A DNA stretch of 44,889 bases from Gemmatimonadota bacterium. GTDB lineage: Bacteria; Gemmatimonadota; Gemmatimonadetes; Palauibacterales; Palauibacteraceae. Below, one piece after another: positions 37,818 to 44,889 of the stretch. The notes beneath the pieces are model-generated. The model ran no database searches and had not been told where the DNA came from. It worked only from the letters and a program-made list of their open reading frames with translations. The stretch lies in contig JBDHHV010000012.1 in NCBI GenBank assembly GCA_039589195.1, forward strand, positions 1-44,889, given 5' to 3'. The position numbers and the translations under genes were made by a program. Positions within the stretch are counted from its first letter, which is position 1, and every line of letters starts with the position of its first letter.

Positions 37818-40046
37818 TCAGCGGCTCTCGCCGAGCAGCTCGGCCAGGAGCGCATCCGCTTCGTACACGCTTCGTAGCGCTTCGGTGATGCCCGCGGCGT
37901 GGACTCCTATCGTTCGTCCGACCGGCAAGCGGAACAGGAACTCGTTCGGCAGCTGCTCGATGTTGCCATCGAACGCGAGACCCACGACACGAGCCTCCTG
38001 GTCGATCATGGGACTCCCGCTGTTCCCGCCGGTGATGTCGTTGGTCGTGACGAAGTTGAGCGGCGTATCGAGGTCTACCTGGTCGCGGTTCTCCGCGAAG
38101 CTTTCGGGCAGCGCCCACGGCATCTCGTTCCGGAAGTTCGCCGCCCGCTCGTACAGGCCGTAGAACGACGTCTGGGGTGGGGCGAACGTCCCGTTGTACG
38201 GATACCGGCTCACGACCCCATCGCTGATTCGAAGCGTAAACGTCGCATCGGGCGGGAGGTCGGTCCCAAACGCCGCGAACAGCGCCTTCGCGAGGCGCTC
38301 CTCCTCGACGGTCTCCGTGGCCTGGATCTCCTCCCATGCCGGCGCGAGCTCCTCATAGGTCTCCATCATGGCCGCCGCGAGTCGGAGGAGCGGGTCCTCC
38401 GTCGTTTCGAGCGCGCTGATGCCTCCCTCCATGACGGTCTGATGGAAGGCCGGATCGCCGACGCGTGTGGATCCTGCGATACGGGCTGCTGCGTCCCCCG
38501 GAGACTCGCCAGGCTGGAACGCGAGAGACCGGAACGGATCATCGGGCTCCAACCAGCGATCCGCAATGGCCAGTCGCAGCCCGAGCAGGCGGGTCGCGAT
38601 GTCGGGGCTGACCTGGAGCGGGGCAGCGAGCGCCGCCTCGGCCTCGGCGAGCGCCTCGCCCTGGTATTCTTCACTCCGCCCCATCTCGGGCTTGTCCATC
38701 TCTCGCACGTATCGCACGAGGTCACCGGCTACCTGCGTGAGGGGGTTGCCGCCGAACCCGGGGTCGTTGGCGTTCAGACGCGGGCTCGTGTGGAGCTTCT
38801 GGACCTGCAGATCTGTCAATCGGTTCCAGGTGTCCCCGTACGTCTCGTTCAGCTCGGGATCCGCCGCGATTCTGCCACGGAACTCTGCCTCCCAACGGAT
38901 CTTCTGGCCCATCAGCGTCGTGTCCCGCAAGCCGCCCAGCTGCCCGCCATACGCCTTCAGACTGTTCTCGACGCCGAACAGCTGGTCGCGAACGCTCCGC
39001 TCGGCCTCCGGGCCGAACGACGCGATGTGATTCAGGATCGCGCGCTGACCCTCGAGGATCTGGACGATGAACGGGTGCCGGTACACCTGCTCGTACAGGA
39101 GCTGTGAGACTGTCGCCTGGCGGTCGGTGGAACCGGGGTTCCCGGTGACGAGCACCAACTCACCCTCGTCAGCACCCTCGGAATCCCACTCGAAATAGTG
39201 TGGCGTGCTCGCCGCCTGCACGCTGTCGGGCTCGTACGCGCGCACGAACGCGACATCCAGCACGAAACGGGGATAGGTGAAATTGTCGGGGTCCCCGCCG
39301 AAGAAACCCGCCTGAAGCTCGGGGATGAAGACCAGCTTCACCGGGCTGAGCCGCTTGTACTCGTACAGCTGGTATTGACCCCCGTGGTAGAGCGATACGA
39401 CCTGGCACTCCAGCTCGGAGTCGCTCTCGCACTCCTCTTCGATGCGGTCACCCTCCGCAGACTGGGCTTCGGCGATCTCGGTGCTGGAGCTGCCGGCGGG
39501 CGCCGCCGCCCGAATGCGGTCGGTCACGCTCGAGATCCTCACGAGCTGATCGAGATACAGGCCTGGGCACAGGAGCTCCTGCTCGCGAGAGCCGGCGTAA
39601 AAACCCGTCTCCACATGGTCGTTCGCGGCCGTCGACACCGCCTCCGCACAACTCCGCGCGCAGTGGTGGTTTGTCATCACCAATCCGTCCGGTGACACGA
39701 ACGAGGCCGAGCAACTCTGTCCGAAGCGGACGGACGAGAGCCGAACGTGCTCCAGCCATTCCGGGGTAGGCTGGAATCCGTACGTCGATTCCCAGTACTC
39801 GAGCGGCGGATTCTCGAACGTCCACATCGTGCCGGTCTCGACGCCCGTCAGAGTGGCGCTCTCCGAGACGCGAAGCGCCTCGGCGGATGGCTCGAGCCCG
39901 AGCCGGGCGGCCTCCTCCTGAGGTGGCGGATTTGCCTGCTGAGCGGCCACGAGCACCGATGCGGAAAGCGGACCGGGGCCCGCACCCGCGGCGATCATGT
40001 ATGCGAGGGAAAGGCTCGCTATCGTTCTTCGTATCGAGCACGACAT
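37818..40046 (-). CDS. S46-family dipeptidyl-peptidase (DPP7/DPP11-like serine peptidase), secreted
   Basis: Signal MSCSIRRTIASLSLAYMIAAGAG. Family signatures: MWTFENPPLEYWESTYGF, the His region VRFGQSCSASFVSPDGLVMTNHHCA, and the Ser region DITGGNSGSPMIDQEARVVGLAFDGN. Confidence 0.8.
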   Translation of the reverse strand: MSCSIRRTIASLSLAYMIAAGAGPGPLSASVLVAAQQANPPPQEEAARLGLEPSAEALRVSESATLTGVETGTMWTFENPPLEYWESTYGFQPTPEWLEHVRLSSVRFGQSCSASFVSPDGLVMTNHHCARSCAEAVSTAANDHVETGFYAGSREQELLCPGLYLDQLVRISSVTDRIRAAAPAGSSSTEIAEAQSAEGDRIEEECESDSELECQVVSLYHGGQYQLYEYKRLSPVKLVFIPELQAGFFGGDPDNFTYPRFVLDVAFVRAYEPDSVQAASTPHYFEWDSEGADEGELVLVTGNPGSTDRQATVSQLLYEQVYRHPFIVQILEGQRAILNHIASFGPEAERSVRDQLFGVENSLKAYGGQLGGLRDTTLMGQKIRWEAEFRGRIAADPELNETYGDTWNRLTDLQVQKLHTSPRLNANDPGFGGNPLTQVAGDLVRYVREMDKPEMGRSEEYQGEALAEAEAALAAPLQVSPDIATRLLGLRLAIADRWLEPDDPFRSLAFQPGESPGDAAARIAGSTRVGDPAFHQTVMEGGISALETTEDPLLRLAAAMMETYEELAPAWEEIQATETVEEERLAKALFAAFGTDLPPDATFTLRISDGVVSRYPYNGTFAPPQTSFYGLYERAANFRNEMPWALPESFAENRDQVDLDTPLNFVTTNDITGGNSGSPMIDQEARVVGLAFDGNIEQLPNEFLFRLPVGRTIGVHAAGITEALRSVYEADALLAELLGESR

Positions 40047-40309
40047 CCGTCGACTCCTCCGTGGGGGTAGCGTGATGTTCGCTCGCGCACCCGAGCACCT
40101 CTAGCGAGCAGGTTGCCGAGGAAGGGCAGTTCCTCCCTGTCGGTCATACGAGAACTATACGCGCGCCGCACACGAGTTCCTCCACGACCTGCCTGTGACT
40201 ATTCTAGGATCGCGGCTTCGACAATCCTAGTGTGGTCCGGTAGGTTGGCGAGCCACGTGTCGGCCGACCGGCCGATCAGCCAGCCGTCGGCGTCAGCAGC
40301 CGAGTCGGG

Positions 40310-41044
40310 ATGGGGAAACACAACAGCGGAGAGCATAGGGGAAGAGTCGCCGATCTCTTGTGGCCGGTGACCAGTTTTCTGGTCGTGAACCTGACGCTGC
40401 CCGTGTTCGTCCTGATCTTTTGGGTTCTCAACCGCACCCGGGTCATCGGCCGGCACCGCGTTCCGCTCGAGCGCAACACTCTCCTGCTGTCGAACCACCA
40501 GTCGATGATCGACAGCTTCGTGATCGGGATGGGGGCGTTCTTCATTCGCCACTTTCGACGGCCCTACCTCATCCCGTGGCACCCGGCCGCTGAGGAGAAC
40601 TTCTTCCGGAACCGCCTGTTCGCCTGGTTCTTCGATCAGCTCAAGTGCATTCCGGTTCGGCCGGGGCGGCGGGATCTCAGGGCCGTGTACCGGTCCATGC
40701 GCGCCCTCAGCGACGGGACGCTGATCCTGTTTCCGGAGGGTACGCGGAGCCGCGACGGCTCCATCGGGAAGGGGCGTCCCGGTGCGGGACTCGTGATCCT
40801 GGGGAACCGTCCGACGGTGCTCCCGGTCACGATCGAGGGAATGGATGAGGTGCTACCGATCGGACGAAGTCTCCCCAGAATCGGGAAACGGGTGTACGTG
40901 TACATCGGGAAACCCCTCGACTACTCGGAATTCGTCGGAGGGGCTCGGTCGAAAGAGGAGGCCCAGAAAGTGGTCGACAAGGTGATGGACCGACTCCGGT
41001 TCCAGCGCCGGGTGATTCGCCGCCTGCGGGGACGGGGAGTCTGA
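40310..41044 (+). CDS. plsC: 1-acyl-sn-glycerol-3-phosphate acyltransferase (PlsC / lysophospholipid acyltransferase family)
   Basis: N-terminal TM; H(X)4D motif LLSNHQSMIDSF; FPEGTRSRDG motif; VLPVTIEGMDEVLP block. Confidence 0.8.
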   Translation: MGKHNSGEHRGRVADLLWPVTSFLVVNLTLPVFVLIFWVLNRTRVIGRHRVPLERNTLLLSNHQSMIDSFVIGMGAFFIRHFRRPYLIPWHPAAEENFFRNRLFAWFFDQLKCIPVRPGRRDLRAVYRSMRALSDGTLILFPEGTRSRDGSIGKGRPGAGLVILGNRPTVLPVTIEGMDEVLPIGRSLPRIGKRVYVYIGKPLDYSEFVGGARSKEEAQKVVDKVMDRLRFQRRVIRRLRGRGV

Positions 41045-41140
41045 ACGTTTCCCCGGCCCGAGCAGGGGTTTTGGGCGACCCGCCGGGATCGATCCAGCCC
41101 ACCCTGGACACCGGGCCGCCTCCCCCGCATCCTTCCGGCC

Positions 41141-41266
41141 ATGTATTACGTGTTGCTGACGATTCTGATCGGCGTGTTGATCGCCGGGCTCTTCGGCGCA
41201 GGGTTCGCTCTGGGGGGACGTCTGCCGGAGCTCGATGACCGTGAGGAGGAGAGCGAAGGCTCCTGA
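41141..41266 (+). CDS. Candidate 41-aa single-TM small membrane protein (not in the ORF track because it is under 60 aa)
   Basis: ATG 41141 to TGA 41264-41266 encodes MYYVLLTILIGVLIAGLFGAGFALGGRLPELDDREEESEGS, a hydrophobic helix followed by an acidic tail. Genome-typical GC-rich third codon positions; sits in the 419-bp gap after plsC. No clear RBS. Confidence 0.3.
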   Translation: MYYVLLTILIGVLIAGLFGAGFALGGRLPELDDREEESEGS

Positions 41267-41381
41267 CTCCACGGGTCCGAGCGTCGAGGTGACGGGTCGA
41301 CTCGCCGTCGGCTCCTGCCCGGCGCGCGATGTCCACCGGCCCCTCGCATCCCGCCGATGCGCGCCAGCCGGACCCGCTGCC

Positions 41382-41410
41382 TTCCAAATCCCCCCTCCAG
41401 GACCTAATTT
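41382..41410 (+). promoter_or_regulatory. Candidate sigma70-like promoter (TTCCAA - 17 nt - TAATTT) in a locally AT-rich patch
   Basis: -35-like TTCCAA at 41382-41387, a 17-nt spacer, then -10-like TAATTT at 41405-41410, about 53 nt upstream of the ATG at 41464. The surrounding 100 nt are roughly 54% GC, well below the window average. Confidence 0.25.
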
Positions 41411-41463
41411 GTATCCCTTCGTTGGAGCAGTTTCTCCGGCCCAGACCTAAAGCGAAGGTAGTC

Positions 41464-41715
41464 ATGACGAAAACTTTCCGGGACGAGCAGGGACGCCGCT
41501 GGAAGGCGTGGTTGGCGACACGTGAAGTCTTTTGGCCCGATCCCGAGGAAACAAACCCGGACCCGGATTCGGAGGCCGTTGTTTTTGTATGCTTTTCCGA
41601 CCCTCATCAGCCGCAACGACGGGCGCGGCTACCCTCCGGCTCCTTCGAGGAGCTGAGCACCGATGATTTGAGAGATCGCTTCCTGGCAGCACCGATAGAT
41701 CCTGCCATCCGTTAG
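41464..41715 (+). CDS. Small hypothetical protein (83 aa), separate transcription unit upstream of citrate synthase
   Basis: ORF 41329..41715, with the internal Met at 41464 preceded by GAAGGTAG. Sequence MTKTFRDEQGRRWKAWLATREVFWPDPEE...VVFVCFSDPHQ. GC3 is lower than in neighbouring genes; a strong hairpin follows directly. Confidence 0.45.
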   Translation: MTKTFRDEQGRRWKAWLATREVFWPDPEETNPDPDSEAVVFVCFSDPHQPQRRARLPSGSFEELSTDDLRDRFLAAPIDPAIR

Positions 41716-41727
41716 AAGCGCTTCCCT

Positions 41728-41752
41728 GGGGGCGCGGGATTTCCGCGCCCCC
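41728..41752 (+). terminator. GC-rich hairpin GGGGGCGCGG-gattt-CCGCGCCCCC after the small ORF
   Basis: 10-bp perfect stem 13 nt after the TAG at 41713-41715. Lies immediately upstream of the citrate synthase RBS (AAGGGA). Confidence 0.45.
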
Positions 41753-41786
41753 CCTGCACGCATTAGACATCTCAAAGGGAACTGGA

Positions 41787-42914
41787 ATGACCGGATCGAC
41801 AATGGCGAGGGGGCTCGAAGGCGTTGTCGCTTCGCAGACCTCGCTCAGCTTCATAGACGGCGAGCAGGGGATCCTTCTCTACCGCGGATTCAGCATTCAC
41901 GATCTGGCGCCCGAGGCGTCGTTCACCGAGAGCGTCTATCTGCTGTGGAACGATCACCTGCCGACGCGCGACCAACTCGCCGCCTTCGATGCGGAGCTCG
42001 CCAGCCTCAGGAACGTGAACGGGGGGACGCTGGAGGTCCTCCGCTCGCTGCCGCGGGACACGACACCGATGGCGGCCCTCCGGACAGCGGTGTCCACCGA
42101 GGGGACCCTGGACCCGGACGGGGAGGACAACTCGCCGGAGGCGAACCTGCGCAAGTCGAAGCGCCTGGTCGCGCAGATGCCGACCATGATCGCCGCGTTC
42201 CGCCGCACCCGGACGGGCGCCGAGCCCATCGCGCCCGATCCGGACCTCGACCACTCGGCCAACTTCCTCTACATGTGCGACGGCGAGACGCCGCCGGAGA
42301 AGGCCGCCCGCGCGCTGGACCGGACTCTGCTCCTGTACCTGGATCACGGGTTCAACGCGTCGACATTCACCTGCCGCGTGATCGCGGCGACGCTCGGGGA
42401 CATGCACTCCGCCGTTACCGGTGGCGTCGGCGCCCTGAAGGGGTCGCTGCACGGAGGCGCCAACGCGAAAGCGATGGACATGCTTCTCGACATCGGTGAG
42501 GTGGAGAACGTCGTTCCCTACTTGGAACGAGCTTTCGAGGAGAAGCGGAAGATCATGGGCTTCGGCCATCGCGTCTACAAGACGGAGGATCCCCGCGCCA
42601 CCCATCTGCGCGAGATGTCCAAGACGCTGAGCGAGGAGTTGGGCGACCCGAAGTGGTACGAGATCTCGCGAGAGCTGGAAGATCGTTTGAGGGACCGGAA
42701 GGGACTGAACCCGAACGTGGACTTCTACTGCGCGACGGTCTACTACGCGCTGGGACTGCCGACGGACCTGTACACACCGCTGTTCGCGATGGGGCGCATC
42801 GGTGGCTGGTCCGCGCACGTCATGGAGCAACACGCCGACAACCGCCTGATCCGGCCTCGAGCCGAATACGTCGGGACGAAGGATCGCGAGTTCGTTCCGA
42901 TCGATCAGCGCTAG
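41787..42914 (+). CDS. Citrate synthase (short, archaeal/Gram-positive-type; could also be 2-methylcitrate synthase)
   Basis: GILLYRGFSIHDLA, LLYLDHGFNASTF, HGGANAKAMDML, GFGHRVYKTEDPRA and DFYCATVYYALG are citrate-synthase catalytic motifs. Confidence 0.9.
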   Translation: MTGSTMARGLEGVVASQTSLSFIDGEQGILLYRGFSIHDLAPEASFTESVYLLWNDHLPTRDQLAAFDAELASLRNVNGGTLEVLRSLPRDTTPMAALRTAVSTEGTLDPDGEDNSPEANLRKSKRLVAQMPTMIAAFRRTRTGAEPIAPDPDLDHSANFLYMCDGETPPEKAARALDRTLLLYLDHGFNASTFTCRVIAATLGDMHSAVTGGVGALKGSLHGGANAKAMDMLLDIGEVENVVPYLERAFEEKRKIMGFGHRVYKTEDPRATHLREMSKTLSEELGDPKWYEISRELEDRLRDRKGLNPNVDFYCATVYYALGLPTDLYTPLFAMGRIGGWSAHVMEQHADNRLIRPRAEYVGTKDREFVPIDQR

Positions 42915-42982
42915 CCGGCCGCCGGAGACGTTCGACGGCCCGCTGCGGGCCGGCGTGTTTCGCGTGTGCGCAAAGGGTAGGG

Positions 42983-43011
42983 AAGCGGGTCGATCGGCCC
43001 GCTTTCTTTTT
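42983..43011 (+). terminator. Rho-independent terminator: AAGCGGG-tcgatcgg-CCCGCTT followed by a T-rich tract
   Basis: 7-bp stem with an 8-nt loop, then TCTTTTTGTG, about 70 nt after the citrate synthase stop. Confidence 0.6.
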
Positions 43012-43077
43012 GTGTGGCGGACTGGCTAACTTCGCCCCGCTGACGGCCGTGGGTGCGAGGAGAGGCGCGAATCGAGG

Positions 43078-44559
43078 ATGAGCGAACTTCAGGTCCGGGC
43101 AGGCGCGATCGAGGAGCTGGGTGTCGATGTGGTCGCCATTCCGCTCTCGAGAAGCTCTGGCGCGGAGACAGGCGAGCTCGGCGATGCGTGGTGGGGCCGC
43201 GCGATCGGGCGCGTCCTGGACCGGGAACCGTCACCGGGGCCCGTCCGCGCGTCATGGGCCGCAGTTGGCCAGTCGGGCCGTCCGGATGTGCTGCTCGTCC
43301 ATGGAAGGAGCGATGACCTGGGCGGGTCGGACTGGCTTCGCCGCGCGGCTGGAACCGCGGTCAGGGTCGCGCGTGAGCGCGGCGCGCGGTCGCTTGCGTT
43401 TCGTCCTCTCCTCGAGGACATGGGGGCGGACGCGTGGCAGGGAGCGGCCGAAGGTCTTCTGCTGGGCGACTGGAGCTACGACGAGTTGCGGGATGCCCGC
43501 GCCCGCGGAATCTCTCCACCTCTCGACCTGCGGGCATTATGGCGGACGGCCGCGGACGACTCCGATGTGGCCGAGCAGGACGCGGCGGTCCGACGCGGGC
43601 AGATCCTGGCGACCGCCCAGAACGGCGCTCGTGAGCTCGTAGCTCAGCCCGGTAACATCGTCACGCCCCGTTTTCTGGCCGAAAGAGCGTGCACCCTCGC
43701 CGAAGAGGTAGAGCTGCGCGCGCAGGTGTGGGGAGAGGACAAGCTACGCGAGGCCGGGTTCGGCGGACTGCTCGCGGTCGCTCGGGGATCCGAGCAGGAG
43801 CCTCAGTTCATCATCCTCGAGCACACGGGCGAGGGTGGGGACCCCTACGTGGTGGTGGGGAAGGGTGTCACCTTCGACGCCGGGGGGATCTCGCTCAAGC
43901 CCGCGAGCGGCATGGAGGACATGAAGTACGACATGGCTGGCGCGGCCGCCGTGCTCGGGATCCTCGAGGCCGCCGCGCGACTCCGCGTCCCCGAACGCCT
44001 CATTGGGCTGATCCCGGCGACGGAGAATCTCCCATCCGGAACGGCGCTGAAGCCGGGCGACGTCATACGGGGGGAATCGGGCAAATCGATCGAGGTGGTG
44101 AATACCGATGCCGAGGGAAGACTGATCCTCTCGGACGCACTGAGCTACTCGCAGCGGCTCGGCCCGCGAGCGGTCATTGATCTGGCGACCCTGACCGGCG
44201 CCTGCGTGGTGGCCCTGGGTCACCAGGCGATCGGGCTCATGTCTACCAGCGACGCTCTGTCGGCGAGCCTGTACTCCGCCGGTGTGCGGACCGGCGAGCG
44301 CGTGTGGCGGCTTCCGCTGTGGCCCGCCTACAGGCGTCAGCTCGACTCGGACCTCGCGGATCTCAAGAATGCGGGGGGCCGGCCGGCCGCCGCCATCACC
44401 GCTGGTAGCTTCTTGCAGGCCTTCGTGGGTGAGACCGAGTGGGCCCACCTGGACATCGCCGGAACCGCATGGGCCGAGGAGGCGAGCGGCTATCAGCCGA
44501 AGGGAGCGACGGGCGTGGGGGTGAGGCTCGTGCTGGAGTGGCTACGGGACGCGGCCTGA
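43078..44559 (+). CDS. pepA: Leucyl aminopeptidase (M17 family, PepA)
   Basis: M17 signatures VGKGVTFDAGGISLKP, the NTDAEGRLILSDAL motif and TLTGACVVALG. 493 aa. Confidence 0.9.
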   Translation: MSELQVRAGAIEELGVDVVAIPLSRSSGAETGELGDAWWGRAIGRVLDREPSPGPVRASWAAVGQSGRPDVLLVHGRSDDLGGSDWLRRAAGTAVRVARERGARSLAFRPLLEDMGADAWQGAAEGLLLGDWSYDELRDARARGISPPLDLRALWRTAADDSDVAEQDAAVRRGQILATAQNGARELVAQPGNIVTPRFLAERACTLAEEVELRAQVWGEDKLREAGFGGLLAVARGSEQEPQFIILEHTGEGGDPYVVVGKGVTFDAGGISLKPASGMEDMKYDMAGAAAVLGILEAAARLRVPERLIGLIPATENLPSGTALKPGDVIRGESGKSIEVVNTDAEGRLILSDALSYSQRLGPRAVIDLATLTGACVVALGHQAIGLMSTSDALSASLYSAGVRTGERVWRLPLWPAYRRQLDSDLADLKNAGGRPAAAITAGSFLQAFVGETEWAHLDIAGTAWAEEASGYQPKGATGVGVRLVLEWLRDAA

Positions 44560-44582
44560 CGAGCGGCGCACCGCCCCACGGG

Positions 44583-44889
44583 GTGTGGCGCGCGCTCCGT
44601 ACGTGGGTGAGGCGCCTGTCGGCGACACTCGCTCTCGCCCCGATCCTGACGTTCTCTCCCCTGAGGGCTCAGGAGCCGGTACCTCCCGACACGGTGCGCG
44701 CGGATACCCTGATCGAGGTGCTTCCGGACTCCGCGCGCGAGGTGTTCGCCGAGCCGGACTCCGCGGGGGCGGTGGCGTTCCCCGCCCGGCTCCTCCCGCT
44801 CCGCGGCGACGCGTACGCGGTGTACGACTGCGATCATGCGTGCCTGCAGGCCTCGACGGCGTTCTCGCTTCTCGAGCTGCTCCAGGAGA
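44583..44889 (+). CDS. 5' part of a secreted protein of unknown function (runs off the window; absent from the ORF track for that reason)
   Basis: GTG at about 44583 opens a stop-free frame to the window end: VWRALRTWVRRLSATLALAPILTFSPLRAQEPVPPDTVRADTLIEV..., a signal-peptide-like N-terminus followed by an AQE cleavage context. GC-rich third positions. Confidence 0.4.
   Translation, partial: MWRALRTWVRRLSATLALAPILTFSPLRAQEPVPPDTVRADTLIEVLPDSAREVFAEPDSAGAVAFPARLLPLRGDAYAVYDCDHACLQASTAFSLLELLQE

Noticed and set aside
1-44889. Scan for CRISPR arrays, IS elements, rRNA genes and known defence-system signatures
   Set aside because: No regularly spaced direct repeats, no transposase-like ORFs and no rRNA-like segments were seen. 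The gene content is metabolic/transport apart from the integrase fragment at the left edge.

Overview
High-GC (about 68-70%) chromosomal segment that is densely coding, with roughly 31 protein genes. The content looks like a Gram-negative soil bacterium (Gemmatimonadota/Acidobacteria-like) with many exported enzymes; this is inferred from the protein families and from a characteristic N-terminal membrane anchor of the type FSELRKRHLFQIIVVYLGVAWF. Main blocks, left to right: (i) an extreme-left junction made of the 3' end of a tyrosine-recombinase gene followed by a tRNA-like T-arm/acceptor element, probably the boundary of an integrated element or a degenerate tRNA; (ii) two orphan ABC-type substrate-binding lipoproteins, a PQQ-dependent sugar dehydrogenase, a DUF1569 protein and a 1131-aa BNR/Asp-box beta-propeller protein with disordered inserts; (iii) an LTXXQ (Spy/CpxP-like) periplasmic protein plus a membrane-anchored TolB-N/TPR protein; (iv) a translationally coupled pair of exported enzymes, a Tat-signal HisC-family PLP aminotransferase and a lipoprotein amidohydrolase; (v) an RND efflux locus with the unusual order MFP-OMF-RND-RND, i.e. 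two tandem paralogous pumps (MdtBC-like); (vi) an NfeD-flotillin (SPFH) pair and a cyclophilin lipoprotein; (vii) a two-component pair whose response regulator carries a degenerate HD-GYP output domain; (viii) a co-directional block DmpA-like S58 peptidase, TrkA, TrkH and ETF-ubiquinone oxidoreductase; (ix) convergent FAD oxidoreductase and S46 dipeptidyl peptidase; (x) PlsC, two small ORFs in a locally low-GC patch, citrate synthase, M17 leucyl aminopeptidase and the start of a secreted protein. No CRISPR array, rRNA, IS element or recognisable defence system was seen. Several Rho-independent-like hairpins were located. Many long ORFs on the opposite strand of real genes are antisense shadows typical of high-GC DNA and were discarded. 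CDS boundaries come from ORF-track arithmetic; hairpin and motif coordinates are read from the sequence text and may be off by 1-2 nt.
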